The notes: generated by a model from the letters alone, not told the origin. Shown: positions 22,504 through 33,223, counted from the stretch's first letter. The stretch is 64,000 bases of DNA from an uncultured Gemmatimonadaceae bacterium (GCA_964647615.1 CAZYIV010000004.1:6236-70235); one strand, 5' to 3'. Translations and numbers: made by a program.

Positions 22504-24042
22504 ATGTCATCGTCGGCACTCGCGTCCGCCTTTCCCTCCGGCCCGCCGGAGGAGCTGGTGGATCTCGGCACCCTCTTCGACGTCAGCGAGGCGCTGAGCG
22601 CCTCCGCCTCGCTGCACGACGCGCTGCGGGAGGTGATGACGCTCCTGCGGCGTCATCCCGGGGCGCTGCGCGGCGCGCTCACCCTGCTCGACACCGAGAC
22701 CGGGGAGCTCTACATCGAGGCCTCGCTCGATCTCTCCGCCGAGGCCCGGCTGGCCCGGTACCGGGTGGGGGAGGGCATCACCGGGGAGGTGGTCGCCACC
22801 GGCCGGCCGATCGTGGTACCGGACGTGGCCCGCGAGCCCCGCTTCCTGCACCGCACCGTCCGCCGGAGCGGCACCCCCGGCGAGGCGGTCACCTTCGCCT
22901 GCGTCCCCATCCTGGTGGACCTGCGGCCGGTCGGCGCGCTCTCGGTGGACCTGCCCCACCGGCCGGGGCAGGACACCGCGCCGCTGGTGAAGTTCCTGCA
23001 CGTGGTGGCGGCGCTGGTCGCCCTCCGGCTCAAGACCCAGCGCCCGCTGGAAGAGGAGAACCGCCTCCTCAAGCAGGAGCTCCGGGAGCGCTACGACTTC
23101 AGCCATCTCATCGGCACCAGCCGGCCCATGCGGGACGTGCTGGCCCAGGTAGCGCAGGTGGCCGCCACCCAGACTACCGTTCTCATCCGGGGGGAGTCGG
23201 GCACCGGCAAGGAGCTGATCGCCCACGCGCTGCACTACCACAGCCCCCGCGCGGCGGGCCCCTTCGTGAAGGTGAACTGCGCCGCCCTGCCGGAGACGCT
23301 CATGGAATCGGAGCTCTTCGGGCACGAGCGGGGCGCCTTCACCGGGGCCCTGGCCCGGAAGGCGGGCCGGTTCGAGCGCGCCAGCGGGGGGACGATCTTC
23401 CTCGATGAGATCGGGGAGCTCTCCCTCGCCACCCAGGCCAAGCTGCTCCGGGTGCTGCAGGAGCGGGAGTTCGAGCGGGTGGGCGGCACCGAGGCCCTCC
23501 CGGTGGACGTCCGGGTGATCGCCGCCACTCACCGGGACCTGGAGCAGAGCATCAAGCAGCGGGTGTTCCGGGAGGACCTGTACTACCGGCTCAACGTCTT
23601 CCCCCTCTTCCTGCCCCCGCTCCGCGACCGGAAGACCGACATCCTGCTGCTGGCCGACCACTTCATCGAGAAGTACGCCACCGCCCACCAGAAGCAGGTC
23701 ACCCGGCTTACCACCCCGGCGATCGACATGCTGATGCGCTACCACTGGCCCGGCAACGTCCGGGAGCTGGAGAACGTGCTGGAGCGGGCGGTGGTGGTGG
23801 CCGACGGCCCCGCCATCCACGGGCGGCACCTGCCGCCGACGCTGCAGACGCCCGAGATGGCCGGCCCGGTCCGCGGCCCGATGAAGGCGATGGTGGAGCG
23901 GTTCGAGGCCGACCTCCTCGTGGATGCCCTCAAGCAGTGCCGCGGCTCGGTGGCCGACGTGACCCGGATGCTCGGCAGCACCGAGCGGATCATCCGGTAC
24001 AAGCTGCGGAAGTACGGGATCAAGCCGGGCCGCTACAGCTGA
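22504..24042 (+). CDS. Sigma-54-dependent transcriptional activator (GAF-AAA+-HTH, NifA-like architecture)
   Basis: 512 aa from ATG 22504, with GGAGGA 4 nt upstream. Walker A GESGTGKE, sigma-54 contact loop ERGAFTGA, Walker [11 protein letters not shown]-terminal Fis-type HTH. Confidence 0.92.
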   Translation: MSSSALASAFPSGPPEELVDLGTLFDVSEALSASASLHDALREVMTLLRRHPGALRGALTLLDTETGELYIEASLDLSAEARLARYRVGEGITGEVVATGRPIVVPDVAREPRFLHRTVRRSGTPGEAVTFACVPILVDLRPVGALSVDLPHRPGQDTAPLVKFLHVVAALVALRLKTQRPLEEENRLLKQELRERYDFSHLIGTSRPMRDVLAQVAQVAATQTTVLIRGESGTGKELIAHALHYHSPRAAGPFVKVNCAALPETLMESELFGHERGAFTGALARKAGRFERASGGTIFLDEIGELSLATQAKLLRVLQEREFERVGGTEALPVDVRVIAATHRDLEQSIKQRVFREDLYYRLNVFPLFLPPLRDRKTDILLLADHFIEKYATAHQKQVTRLTTPAIDMLMRYHWPGNVRELENVLERAVVVADGPAIHGRHLPPTLQTPEMAGPVRGPMKAMVERFEADLLVDALKQCRGSVADVTRMLGSTERIIRYKLRKYGIKPGRYS

Positions 24043-24215
24043 ATCGAGAGGACCGATCACCCCATTTCTGTGGAGTGCCGGTAGTCGAGCGACAAAATTG
24101 ATGGTGACGGGTTGCCAGGCCCGTCGACCATCGCCCTCCCCGCGGTTTCGCTAACTCCTTCCCGCCATAACGCTTCGCCTGTTGTCGCCGGCCCACCGCC
24201 GGGGGCCGATCCGCG

Positions 24216-24231
24216 CGGCACGCGACTTGTC
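24216..24231 (+). promoter_or_regulatory. Candidate sigma-54 (-24/-12) promoter
   Basis: cGGCACGcgacTTGTc versus consensus TGGCACG-N4-TTGC. Spacing is exact and the -12 reads GT instead of GC. It sits 34 nt upstream of ATG 24265 and overlaps the palindrome TGTCTAAGACA (24228-24238). Confidence 0.4.
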
Positions 24232-24264
24232 TAAGACATCGGGCAACACTCGCTGGGAGCACCG

Positions 24265-24852
24265 ATGCGTCACCCGTTCCGCGCCGTCCAGATCGCCCTG
24301 CCGCTGCTCGCCGCCGCGCCGCTCGCCGGCCAGGCGGAGGTGGCCTTCGCCCCGGCCACGGGGCCGGCGGCGGCCCCCCTCGCCAACCCCGCGCCCCGCT
24401 CGACGTGGACGGTGCGCCTCACCAGCGACTGGCCCCAGTACGAGAACGGGACCATGTGCGCCAACGGCGGCGAGGAGACCCTGAGCGGCACGCTGGCGCT
24501 GGATGCAGCCGGAGCCTACCGCGGCTTCCTCGAGCGCAAGGCGACCATCCGCTTCTGCGGCAAGCACGCCCACGCGGCCAAGGACTGCCACCTGACCCTG
24601 AACTCCACCGGCATGGTCGAGGCGACGGGCCGGGTCGAGGAGGGGGCGGCGCCGTTCCTCCTGCTGGCCTGGTCCACCCCGCCGGACAGCGCCTACGCCA
24701 CCGTGCAGGGGACCTGCCCGGCGGAGTTCCAGAAGGCGGTGCGGCAGCTCTACCTCTCGGTGGCGCACGCGGTCGAGGTCCCGCTGCCCGCCGCCGGAGA
24801 CACCCGGGCCATCCGGCTGGAGGACTACGGCTGGATCGCGGAGCTGCAGTGA
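24265..24852 (+). CDS. Hypothetical secreted protein with four cysteines
   Basis: 195 aa. Signal peptide MRHPFRAVQIALPLLAAAPLAGQA; GGGAG 8 nt upstream of the ATG. No family recognised. Confidence 0.65.
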   Translation: MRHPFRAVQIALPLLAAAPLAGQAEVAFAPATGPAAAPLANPAPRSTWTVRLTSDWPQYENGTMCANGGEETLSGTLALDAAGAYRGFLERKATIRFCGKHAHAAKDCHLTLNSTGMVEATGRVEEGAAPFLLLAWSTPPDSAYATVQGTCPAEFQKAVRQLYLSVAHAVEVPLPAAGDTRAIRLEDYGWIAELQ

Positions 24853-25179
24853 GCGCCCGCGTCGGTCTCTGGGCCCCAATCCAGGGCAACACCGCGCGCA
24901 GGCGCGCGCGCCGGCACCGGCGTGCTGGCGCCCGCTTGCCGCGGTCGCCCCGGGTGTGGTGGCCGGAACGCTGACGAGCGGGTGCCGGGCCCCGCGGCCC
25001 GGGGACGGCGTGGCAGGCAGGACAAGCTGAAGGTGGAAGGTGTGGCAGGCGGGTGAGGGACAGGCGGCGGTGCGGGGACCGTTCGTCCGGACCGCATCCG
25101 CCTGTCACATTTTTCCATGTTGACCGTCTCCGGGGCGACGACGATCTTGTGTCGTTTGCCCTTCCCGGAGCCATTCCCG

Positions 25180-28100
25180 ATGTGGTCCCCCCGAGTCCTC
25201 GCCGCGCTGGTGCTCGCCACCGCGGCCGCCGAGCCCTCCGCCCCGCTCGGCGTCCTGTCGTCGTCCCCCTCGGGGGAGGCGCCGCTCACCGCTCCGATCC
25301 AGGTGATCTTCGACCGGCCGGTGGCCGGGTCGCTCGACCGCACCGTGGATCCCGCCGGTCTCATCACCATCGCACCGGCGGTGCCGGGCCGGGCGGAGTG
25401 GCGCGACCCGGTGACGCTCCGGTTCCTGCCATCGGCGCCGCTCACCCCCGGGAAGCAGTACACCGTCACCGTGGCCAACAGCTTCACGGCGATGGACGGC
25501 ACCCGGCTGCCCGAACCGTTCAGCTACAGCTTCACCGTGCTGGGGCCCGCGCTGCTCACCGGGCTGCCGGTGAACGAGGGAGAGCACCCGCGGTTCCTGA
25601 CCCCCACCTCTACCTTCGAGGTGGTGTTCTCCGCCCCGGTCCCCACCGCCCAGCTGGCCAACCTCGGCTACCTGAGCTTCAGTTCCACCTGTTCCCGGCC
25701 CGGCGCCATCCCGCTCAACGCCCGGACCCAGCGCCCGATCGGCGATGACGACCCGTGGCAGTTCCAGGAGGCCGGGGGCTGGGACCGGGACCATGCCACC
25801 GACTCGCTGCGCCGGGTGGTGGAGCTGGTCCCCGCCTCGCCGCTGCCGCTGGACTGCTCCGCCGAGGTGGTGCTGCCGAGCAGCATCGACCCGGAGAACA
25901 CCCGGCCATTCGTGCGCTGGGGCTTTCAGACCTACGGACCGTTCCGGCTGGCGGACGCCAGCTGCGCCACCGGCAACATCTGCCCCGCCGGCGGGATCCG
26001 GGTGGAGTTCTCCACCCCGGTGAAGGGCGCCGAGGTGGAGCGGGCGATCTCCATCCTGCCGAAAGTGGCGTTCTCGGTCTCCGACACAGCCGAGACCTCC
26101 GAGCGCTGGTACCTGGAGACCACGCTGGCGCCACACACCGCCTATGCGGTCACGGCGGACACCTCGCTGCGGGACATCTTCGGCCAGCGGCTGGTGGGCA
26201 ACCCGGCCGGCGGCTTCCGCACCACCGGCTACGCCCCGCTGGTGGAGCACGAGTACGGCCGGATGACGGTGGAGCGGGCCTCGTTCCGCACCCTGGCGGT
26301 GAAGCACGTCAACGTGGACACCCTGCTGGTGACCACCGCGCCGGTGCCGTCGCGCCTCATCCCCGGTATCCTCGAGTACAACCGCTGGAACTCGGACGAT
26401 TCGGTGCTGGCGCTGGTGTTCAAGGGAGCCACCACCACGCGGGTGCCGGTCACCGGGGTCCGGGACCGGGTGCACATCTTCGGCGTGAAGCTGCCGCTCT
26501 ACAACATGTCGCGGCCCAGCGCGCCGCTGCTGCAGCTGGTGCGGGTGACCAGCCCCGAGCTGCCGGCGGAGTGGCAGGCCAACCAGCCGTTCGCGATCGT
26601 CCAGGTGACCGACCTGGCGGTCCATGCCAAGGTCGGGATGCAGGGCGGGGTGGTCTGGGTGACGGGCGTCTCCGACGGCAAGCCGCGCGCCGGCGCCACC
26701 GTCACCCTGTACTCCACCAAGGGGAAAGTGCGGGCCACCGCGCGCACCACCGCGGATGGCATCGCGGTGCTCGGTCCCTTCCCGGCGGACAGCACCTCGG
26801 AATGGGGCTTCCAGGGGTATGTCGTGGCCAGCGACGGCAACGACAAGGCACTCGCCAGCCTCTCCAGTTACGACCCCGACCTCTCGCCCTGGCGGTTCAA
26901 CGTCTCCGCCGCTTGGGGCAGCGACCGCTATCCGGTCGCGGCCGCGGTCTTCACCGAGCGGGGGATCTACCGCCCCGGCGAGGCGCTCTACGCCAAGGCC
27001 ATCGTCCGCAGCGGCAACCTCGGGTCCCTCACCGTCCCGGAGCGTGCTGACAGCCTGCACTGGGTGTTCGAGGACCGGGAAGGGGCACCGCTCCGCGAGG
27101 TGACCGAGGCGCTCTCCCGGTTCGGGACCGCGAGCCAGACGGTGACCCTGCCGGCGGGTGCAGCGCTGGGCGGGTACCAGGTGCGGCTGCAGTTGCGGCG
27201 CGCGGGGGAGTGGATCACCGTCGCGAGCACCGAGTACCGGGTGGCGGAGTACCGCCCGCCGGAGTTCCTGGTGCAGGCCACCACCGACACCACCCCCCGC
27301 TTCCCCGGTGATTCCGCCACGGCGAACGTGGAGGCGCGCTACCTCTTCGGCGCCCCGATGGCGCGCGCCGTGGTGACCTGGGCGGCGCGGCAGCGGCCGC
27401 TCTACTGGGGCGAGGTGGAGATCCCCGGGACCAACGGCTTCTTCTTCGGCGATGGCGGCTGGTGGTGGGAGGACGACGACACCGGGGGCCTCACCACCCT
27501 GGCCCAGGGAACGGACACCCTCGATGGCACCGGGCACGCCACGATCCGGTTCCCGCTGGGGCCGGCGGTGAAGGGCCGGCCGGCGCGGGCCACCCTCGAG
27601 GCGTCGGTCACCGACGTCAACCGCCAGTCGGTGGGGGCCAGCGCCGGGGTGCTGGTGCACCCCGCTTCCTTCTATATAGGTGCCAAGCCGCTGGGCCGGA
27701 GCTACTTCTGGACGGCGGGCCAGCCGCAGGCGGTGGGGCTGATCGCGGTGCAGCCGGACGGCAAGCGCCTGGCCGGGGTGGAGGTGACGGGGACCATCGT
27801 CCGCCGGGAATGGCACCGGGTGCACCGCACCCGCGGGGGCTACAGCGAGGTATACGGCGAGTGGGTGTCCGACACCGTCGCGCGTTGCGGGGTGAAGACG
27901 GTGGGCGCCACTCCCGTGGAGTGCCGCTTCACGCCGCCCGGCGGCGGGACGTACATCCTGACCTTCGAGGCCACCGACCGGCAGGGACGCGCGGTGTCCA
28001 CCAGCGTGTACCGCTGGGCCACCGGCAAGGACTTCGTGCCGTGGGATGACGAGAGCCAGTTCAAGATGGACGTCATCCCCGACCAGGCCCGCTACAGCGT

Positions 28101-30915
28101 CGGCGACACGGCGACCGTGCTCTTCGCCTCGCCGTTCACCGACGCCGACGCCTGGATCACGGTGGAGCGGGAGGGGCTGATCGAGCAACGACGGGTGCAC
28201 ATCACCAGCGGCTCGACCACGATCAAGTTCCCCGTGACCGAGGCGTGGGCACCGAACGCCTTCGTGTCCATTGTGGTCGCGCGGGGCCGCAGCGCGCCCC
28301 CGGGCCCGCTGGACGACCCGGGCCGGCCCACCATCCGGGTGGGTTACGCCAACCTGCGGGTGACGCCCGAGGTCAAGCGGCTGCGGGTGGCGGTGGCGCC
28401 GCTGCTCAAGGAGTACCGCCCGGGCGACACCGCGAAAGTCCGGCTCAAGGTCACCGACCAGGGCGGCCGGGGCCAGCGGACCGAGGTGACGCTCTGGGCG
28501 GTGGACGAGGGGGTCCTCTCCCTGACCGGCTACCGCACCCCCGACCCGCTCGACCTGCTGTACCGCGAGCGCGGCCTGGGGCTCAGGCTGGCGAGCAACC
28601 TGACCACCGTGGCGCCCCAGGTGCCCGAGGGGGAGAAGGGCGGCCGCGCCCCCGGTGGCGGCGGCGGCCAGGGCGAGAACGACCTGCTCCGCTCCCGCTT
28701 CAAGACGACCGCCTTCTTCCTCGGCAGCGTGATCACCGACGTGAACGGGGTCGCGACCGCGGCCGCGAAGCTGCCCGACAACCTCACCACCTTCCGGGTG
28801 ATGGCGGTGGCCGTCACTGCCGGTGACCGCTACGGCAGCGGGGAGTCGCCGATGCTGGTGACCCGCCCGCTGCTGGCGCGGCCGGCGCTGCCGCGCTTCG
28901 TGCGCGAGGGCGACACGTTCGACGCCGGGGTGGTGGTGAACCAGCGTGCCGGCGGCACCCCGACCGTCACCGTCACCGCGGAGCCGCGCGGCACGGAGCT
29001 GACGGGCCCCCGGCGGCAGACCGCCACCCTCGAGGCGGGCCGGGGCCGCGAGGTGCGCTTCGGGTTCCGCCAGCCGGGCACCGACCCGACCGGTGCCGCC
29101 GACAGCGTGGCCTTCCGCTTCGGGGTGACCGGCGCCGGCGATGCCGACCTGGTCGAGCAGCGGCTGGCGGTGCAGCCGGCGTTCCGCCCCCGGGCATGGA
29201 CCATCGCGGGGGTACTGCTCGACAGCGCCACCGCGCGCTTCACCCTCCCCGAGGGGCTCGACCTCGAGCGCTCGCGGCTGAGCTTCTCGGTGGGCAGCTC
29301 GCCGCTCAGCGTGGTGCGCGGGCTGGCCTGGGAGCTCCGGGTCTATCCGTACTTCTGCAGTGAACAGACCTCGAGCACCGCCCAGCCGCTGATCGCCCTC
29401 TACCGGGCGCAGAAGGAGGGCGGCCAGCCGCTGCTCCGCGGCAATCCGCGCCGCGAGATCGAGAAGGCGGTGGCGATCCTCAGCGGGCGGCAGCGCGCCG
29501 ACGGCGGGATCGGCTACTGGGGCAGCGGGGACTGGACCACGCCGTGGCTCAGCGCCTACGCCGGTGCCACCCTGCTCGACGCGAAGGCCGCCGGCATCGC
29601 CGTGGACGACAGCGTGCTCGCCCGGCTCGGCACCTACCTCCGGACCGCGCTCGACGACCCGCGCCCCATCGCCGCGCCGGTGATCGGCTGGTACGACCAG
29701 GTGCAGGTGCGCCTCGCCGACCAGGTCGCCGCGGTGGACTACCTCAGCCGCCTCGGCAAGGCGCACGTCGCCGCCGAGAACGAGCTGCTGCGCAACGCCG
29801 CCCAGCTTTCGTGGGAGGACCGCGTGCGCCTGGCGGAGGTGCTGGCCCGGCGTGGCGCCACGCGGGCCGCGCGCGGCCTGCTGGAGCCCGCCTGGAAGGC
29901 GGTGAAGGTCGAGGGACGCCGCGCCGTCGCCCCCGAGGTGGCGATGCGCCAGTTCCATTACTTCACCTCGCGCACCCGCCCCTACGGCCGCCTGCTGCAG
30001 GCCACGCTCGCGGTGGACTCCGCCAATCCCCTCATCGGGCCGCTGGTGGAGACCCTGGTGCAGCAGGGCCGCGCCGGCGTGCTGGAGTCGTGGAACACCC
30101 AGGACTACGCCGCGGTGGTCTCCGGCCTCACGGCGTTCGACCGCCGGCTGCGCGCGGCGGCGGCGCGGCCGTTCACGGTGCGGGGCGGCGGGCGCACCCT
30201 CTTCGCCGGGCGCGGCACCGCCGCGGGAGCGGCGGGAACCGCGGGTGCCGACAGCGTGGTGCCGCTCACGGGGCTGGTCCAGGGAAGCGACCTCGCCGTG
30301 CAGCTGGCGGCCTCCGGCGCCGGCGCCCCGGTCTACTACTACCTGACCGTGCACGAGGTTCCGAAGGCGCGGCCGGTCAACCCCGAGGATCAGGGCATCC
30401 GGGTCGAGCGCTGGTACGAGCGCTACGACAAGGCCGAGCCGATCACCACCGTGGCGGCCGGCCAGCTGGTGCGGGTGCGGCTCCGGATCACCGTCCCGGA
30501 GGAGCGCCAGTTCCTGGTGCTCGATGACGCGCTCCCGGCCGGCCTTGAGGCGGTGGACCTGAGCCTCCGCACCGCGAGCCTCACCCCGGGCCCCGGCGTG
30601 GACGAGGCCACGAGCTACCTCGCCCCCGAGCAGGCCGACGAGGAAGGCGTCGAGGAAGGCGACCACTACGCCCGCTGGTACTACGGCCGCTGGGAGGCCG
30701 GCTGGTGGTCGCCGTTCGAGCATCGGGAGCTGCGGGATGACCGGGTGGTGTACTCCGCCACGGTGCTCTGGCAGGGGACCTACACCCTGAGCTACATCGC
30801 GCGGGCCACCACGCCGGGAACGTTCGTGCGGCCGCCGGCGCACGCGGAGGAGATGTACAACCCGGCCGTCTACGGCCGGAGTGACGGCGGCACCTTCACC
30901 GTGACCGCCCCGTGA
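25180..30915 (+). CDS. Bacterial alpha-2-macroglobulin family protein (thioester-containing)
   Basis: About 1911 aa from ATG 25180 (the ORF is open from 25117). Signal peptide MWSPRVLAALVLATAAA. Thioester-type motif YPYFCSEQTSS (CSEQ at 29356-29367). It is followed by pbpC, as in the enterobacterial yfhM-pbpC pair. Confidence 0.92.
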   Translation: MWSPRVLAALVLATAAAEPSAPLGVLSSSPSGEAPLTAPIQVIFDRPVAGSLDRTVDPAGLITIAPAVPGRAEWRDPVTLRFLPSAPLTPGKQYTVTVANSFTAMDGTRLPEPFSYSFTVLGPALLTGLPVNEGEHPRFLTPTSTFEVVFSAPVPTAQLANLGYLSFSSTCSRPGAIPLNARTQRPIGDDDPWQFQEAGGWDRDHATDSLRRVVELVPASPLPLDCSAEVVLPSSIDPENTRPFVRWGFQTYGPFRLADASCATGNICPAGGIRVEFSTPVKGAEVERAISILPKVAFSVSDTAETSERWYLETTLAPHTAYAVTADTSLRDIFGQRLVGNPAGGFRTTGYAPLVEHEYGRMTVERASFRTLAVKHVNVDTLLVTTAPVPSRLIPGILEYNRWNSDDSVLALVFKGATTTRVPVTGVRDRVHIFGVKLPLYNMSRPSAPLLQLVRVTSPELPAEWQANQPFAIVQVTDLAVHAKVGMQGGVVWVTGVSDGKPRAGATVTLYSTKGKVRATARTTADGIAVLGPFPADSTSEWGFQGYVVASDGNDKALASLSSYDPDLSPWRFNVSAAWGSDRYPVAAAVFTERGIYRPGEALYAKAIVRSGNLGSLTVPERADSLHWVFEDREGAPLREVTEALSRFGTASQTVTLPAGAALGGYQVRLQLRRAGEWITVASTEYRVAEYRPPEFLVQATTDTTPRFPGDSATANVEARYLFGAPMARAVVTWAARQRPLYWGEVEIPGTNGFFFGDGGWWWEDDDTGGLTTLAQGTDTLDGTGHATIRFPLGPAVKGRPARATLEASVTDVNRQSVGASAGVLVHPASFYIGAKPLGRSYFWTAGQPQAVGLIAVQPDGKRLAGVEVTGTIVRREWHRVHRTRGGYSEVYGEWVSDTVARCGVKTVGATPVECRFTPPGGGTYILTFEATDRQGRAVSTSVYRWATGKDFVPWDDESQFKMDVIPDQARYSVGDTATVLFASPFTDADAWITVEREGLIEQRRVHITSGSTTIKFPVTEAWAPNAFVSIVVARGRSAPPGPLDDPGRPTIRVGYANLRVTPEVKRLRVAVAPLLKEYRPGDTAKVRLKVTDQGGRGQRTEVTLWAVDEGVLSLTGYRTPDPLDLLYRERGLGLRLASNLTTVAPQVPEGEKGGRAPGGGGGQGENDLLRSRFKTTAFFLGSVITDVNGVATAAAKLPDNLTTFRVMAVAVTAGDRYGSGESPMLVTRPLLARPALPRFVREGDTFDAGVVVNQRAGGTPTVTVTAEPRGTELTGPRRQTATLEAGRGREVRFGFRQPGTDPTGAADSVAFRFGVTGAGDADLVEQRLAVQPAFRPRAWTIAGVLLDSATARFTLPEGLDLERSRLSFSVGSSPLSVVRGLAWELRVYPYFCSEQTSSTAQPLIALYRAQKEGGQPLLRGNPRREIEKAVAILSGRQRADGGIGYWGSGDWTTPWLSAYAGATLLDAKAAGIAVDDSVLARLGTYLRTALDDPRPIAAPVIGWYDQVQVRLADQVAAVDYLSRLGKAHVAAENELLRNAAQLSWEDRVRLAEVLARRGATRAARGLLEPAWKAVKVEGRRAVAPEVAMRQFHYFTSRTRPYGRLLQATLAVDSANPLIGPLVETLVQQGRAGVLESWNTQDYAAVVSGLTAFDRRLRAAAARPFTVRGGGRTLFAGRGTAAGAAGTAGADSVVPLTGLVQGSDLAVQLAASGAGAPVYYYLTVHEVPKARPVNPEDQGIRVERWYERYDKAEPITTVAAGQLVRVRLRITVPEERQFLVLDDALPAGLEAVDLSLRTASLTPGPGVDEATSYLAPEQADEEGVEEGDHYARWYYGRWEAGWWSPFEHRELRDDRVVYSATVLWQGTYTLSYIARATTPGTFVRPPAHAEEMYNPAVYGRSDGGTFTVTAP

Positions 30916-33209
30916 CCACCGCGGCGGCGCCGCGCCGCCTCTGGCCCCGCCTCCTCGCCGCCACCGTCCTCGTCCCGGCGGCGATGGCCGCGGCCTGGGT
31001 GGCGCTGCCGGTGCCGCCGGCCCTGCTTCGGCCCGCCGCACAGCAGACCCTGCTGCTCGAAGACCGGCACGGGCTGTCGCTGCGCTCCACCCGCGCCGCC
31101 GATGGCACCCTGACCCGCTGGTTCCGGCTGGAGGAGATGGACCCCGACCTGCCCCGGGCCTTCGTGGCGGTGGAGGACCGGCGCTTCCACCAGCATCATG
31201 GCGTGGACCCGCGGGCGGTCGCCCGCGCGCTGCGCGACAACCTCACGCGGGGCCGGGTGGTCTCCGGCGCTTCCACGATCACCATGCAGCTGGCGCGCCT
31301 GCTCCGGCCGATCGGGCACGGCACGGGGGACAAGCTGGTGCAGGCCCTCTGGGCGCTCCGGCTGGAGGCGCACCTCTCCAAGTCGGAGATCCTGGAGCAG
31401 TACCTCAACCGGGTGCCGCTGGGCCAGGGCGCCGTCGGCGTCGCCGCGGCGGCGCGGCTCTACTTCGGGACCGCGCCGACCCAGGTGAGCCTGGGGCAGG
31501 CGGCGCTCCTCGCCGGGCTGGCGCGCGCACCGTCGAGCCAGAATCCGCTGGTGGACCCGGCCCGCGCCGCCGCGCGCCGGGACGCGGGCCTCGCGCGGCT
31601 CGCCGCCGACGGCTACGCCAGCGTGGAAGAGGTGGCCCGCGCGCGGCGTGAGCCGCTGCTCGGCACCGCCATCGGCCGGCCGTTCCTCGCGCCGCACTTC
31701 ACCAGCCGCATCCTCGCCGATGGTGAAGCGGCGGGCCGTCCCCTCACGGGGACCTGGCGCACCTCCCTCGACCTGGCGCTGCAGGGTCAGCTGGAAGAGG
31801 AGGTGCGCCACACCGTGCAGCAGCTGCGCGATCGGGGCGCGCGGCAGGCCGCCGTGGTGGTGCTCGACAACCCGACCGGCGAGGTGCTCGCGTGGGTGGG
31901 CAGCCCCGACTTCTGGGCCGACACCGCGGGGCAGGTCGACATGGTCACCAGCCCGCGCCAGCCGGGGTCGGCCCTCAAGCCGTTCCTGTATGCGCTCGCC
32001 TTCGACCGAGGCGTCACCGGTGCCACCGTCCTGGCCGATGTCCCCACCACCTTCCAGACCGGCAGCGGCCCCTACCACCCGCGCAACTACGACCGCTCCT
32101 ACCACGGACCGGTGCGCGCCCGCGAGGCGCTGGCGAGTTCCTACAACGTGCCCGCCGTGTCGCTGGCCGAGCGGATCGGCTACGGCACGCTGCTGCATGG
32201 CCTGCACGAGGCGGGTTTCGCCTCACTGGACCGCGCGGCGGAGCACTACGGCCTCGGCCTGGCGCTCGGCAACGGCGAGGTGAGCCTGCTCGAGCTGGCC
32301 AACGGCTACCGCGCGCTGGCCAATGGCGGGCGCTGGACCCCGAGCCGCTGGTGGCTGGGCGAGGCGGCCCAGCCGGCCGGGGCGGAGCACCGGCTGGTCT
32401 CGCCCCGGGCGGCGGCGCTGGTGCTCGACATCCTCGCCGACCCGGAAGCCCGGCTCCCCGCCTTCGGGCCCGCGACCCCATTCGACTGGCCCTTCCGCGC
32501 CGCCGCCAAGACCGGCACCAGCCGGCACTTCACCGACAACTGGGCAGTGGCGACTACCGCCGGCTTCACGGTGGCGGTGTGGGTCGGGAACTTCAGCGGG
32601 CGGCCGATGGAAGGCGTCAGCGGCATCACGGGCGCCGGGCCGCTGCTGCACCGGGCGATGCTCCTGACCAGCCGCATGTACCCGGCGGGGTCGCTCGGCC
32701 TGCCGGCCGAGGCGGGGCTGGTCCCGGCCCGGGTGTGCCGGGTCTCGGGCGAGCTGGCGGGCCCCGAGTGCCCCACGATGACCGAGTACTTCCTGCCCGG
32801 TACCGCGCCCACGGACACCTGCAGCTGGCACCGCGGCGGCGAGCTGCAGCTGCCGGCCGCCTACCACGAATGGCAGGCGACCACCCGCGGCACCGCGCGG
32901 CTGGCGACCGCGGTGCCCGGCTCGCCGGCGCCACGGCAGGCCACGCCCACCGCGCGGCTCACGATCACCTCCCCCGCCTCGGGCGATCACTACGAGATCC
33001 CGCCCGGCGTGGAGGCGCGCTACGCCACGATCGCCTTCCGCGCCGCCGGCGTCCCGGCCGGGGCCGCCGCCCGCTGGGAACTCGATGGCCGGCCGGTGCC
33101 GGCCGCGCGCTGGGCGCTGGTGCCGGGACGGCACCGGATCAGCGTGCAGGCCGGTGGGCAGCGGGACGAGGTGGTGATCACCGTCGGGAACGACACGCCT
33201 TCACGGTGA
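30912..33209 (+). CDS. pbpC: Penicillin-binding protein 1C (bifunctional glycosyltransferase/transpeptidase)
   Basis: 765 aa. GTG 30912 overlaps the A2M stop (GTGA). GT51 motifs EDRRFHQHHG and GASTITMQ. Transpeptidase motifs SALK, SYN, KTGTS; C-terminal PBP1C-type extension. Confidence 0.92.
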   Translation: MTTAAAPRRLWPRLLAATVLVPAAMAAAWVALPVPPALLRPAAQQTLLLEDRHGLSLRSTRAADGTLTRWFRLEEMDPDLPRAFVAVEDRRFHQHHGVDPRAVARALRDNLTRGRVVSGASTITMQLARLLRPIGHGTGDKLVQALWALRLEAHLSKSEILEQYLNRVPLGQGAVGVAAAARLYFGTAPTQVSLGQAALLAGLARAPSSQNPLVDPARAAARRDAGLARLAADGYASVEEVARARREPLLGTAIGRPFLAPHFTSRILADGEAAGRPLTGTWRTSLDLALQGQLEEEVRHTVQQLRDRGARQAAVVVLDNPTGEVLAWVGSPDFWADTAGQVDMVTSPRQPGSALKPFLYALAFDRGVTGATVLADVPTTFQTGSGPYHPRNYDRSYHGPVRAREALASSYNVPAVSLAERIGYGTLLHGLHEAGFASLDRAAEHYGLGLALGNGEVSLLELANGYRALANGGRWTPSRWWLGEAAQPAGAEHRLVSPRAAALVLDILADPEARLPAFGPATPFDWPFRAAAKTGTSRHFTDNWAVATTAGFTVAVWVGNFSGRPMEGVSGITGAGPLLHRAMLLTSRMYPAGSLGLPAEAGLVPARVCRVSGELAGPECPTMTEYFLPGTAPTDTCSWHRGGELQLPAAYHEWQATTRGTARLATAVPGSPAPRQATPTARLTITSPASGDHYEIPPGVEARYATIAFRAAGVPAGAAARWELDGRPVPAARWALVPGRHRISVQAGGQRDEVVITVGNDTPSR

Positions 33210-33223
33210 CTGCCGGATGCACA

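Noticed and set aside
25010-25050. Repeated GTGGCAGGC (25010-25018 and 25042-25050) upstream of the A2M gene, considered as sigma-54 promoters or activator sites
   Set aside because: Neither copy has a GC/TTGC element at the required -12 spacing. It is a direct repeat of a GC-rich 9-mer that could occur by chance in this composition. It is noted only as a possible site to test.
25105-31041. 1978-aa minus-strand ORF
   Set aside because: It is antisense to the alpha-2-macroglobulin gene. It shows no motifs and has an extreme R/G/P/A/H composition, whereas the plus strand has the CxEQ thioester motif and a signal peptide.
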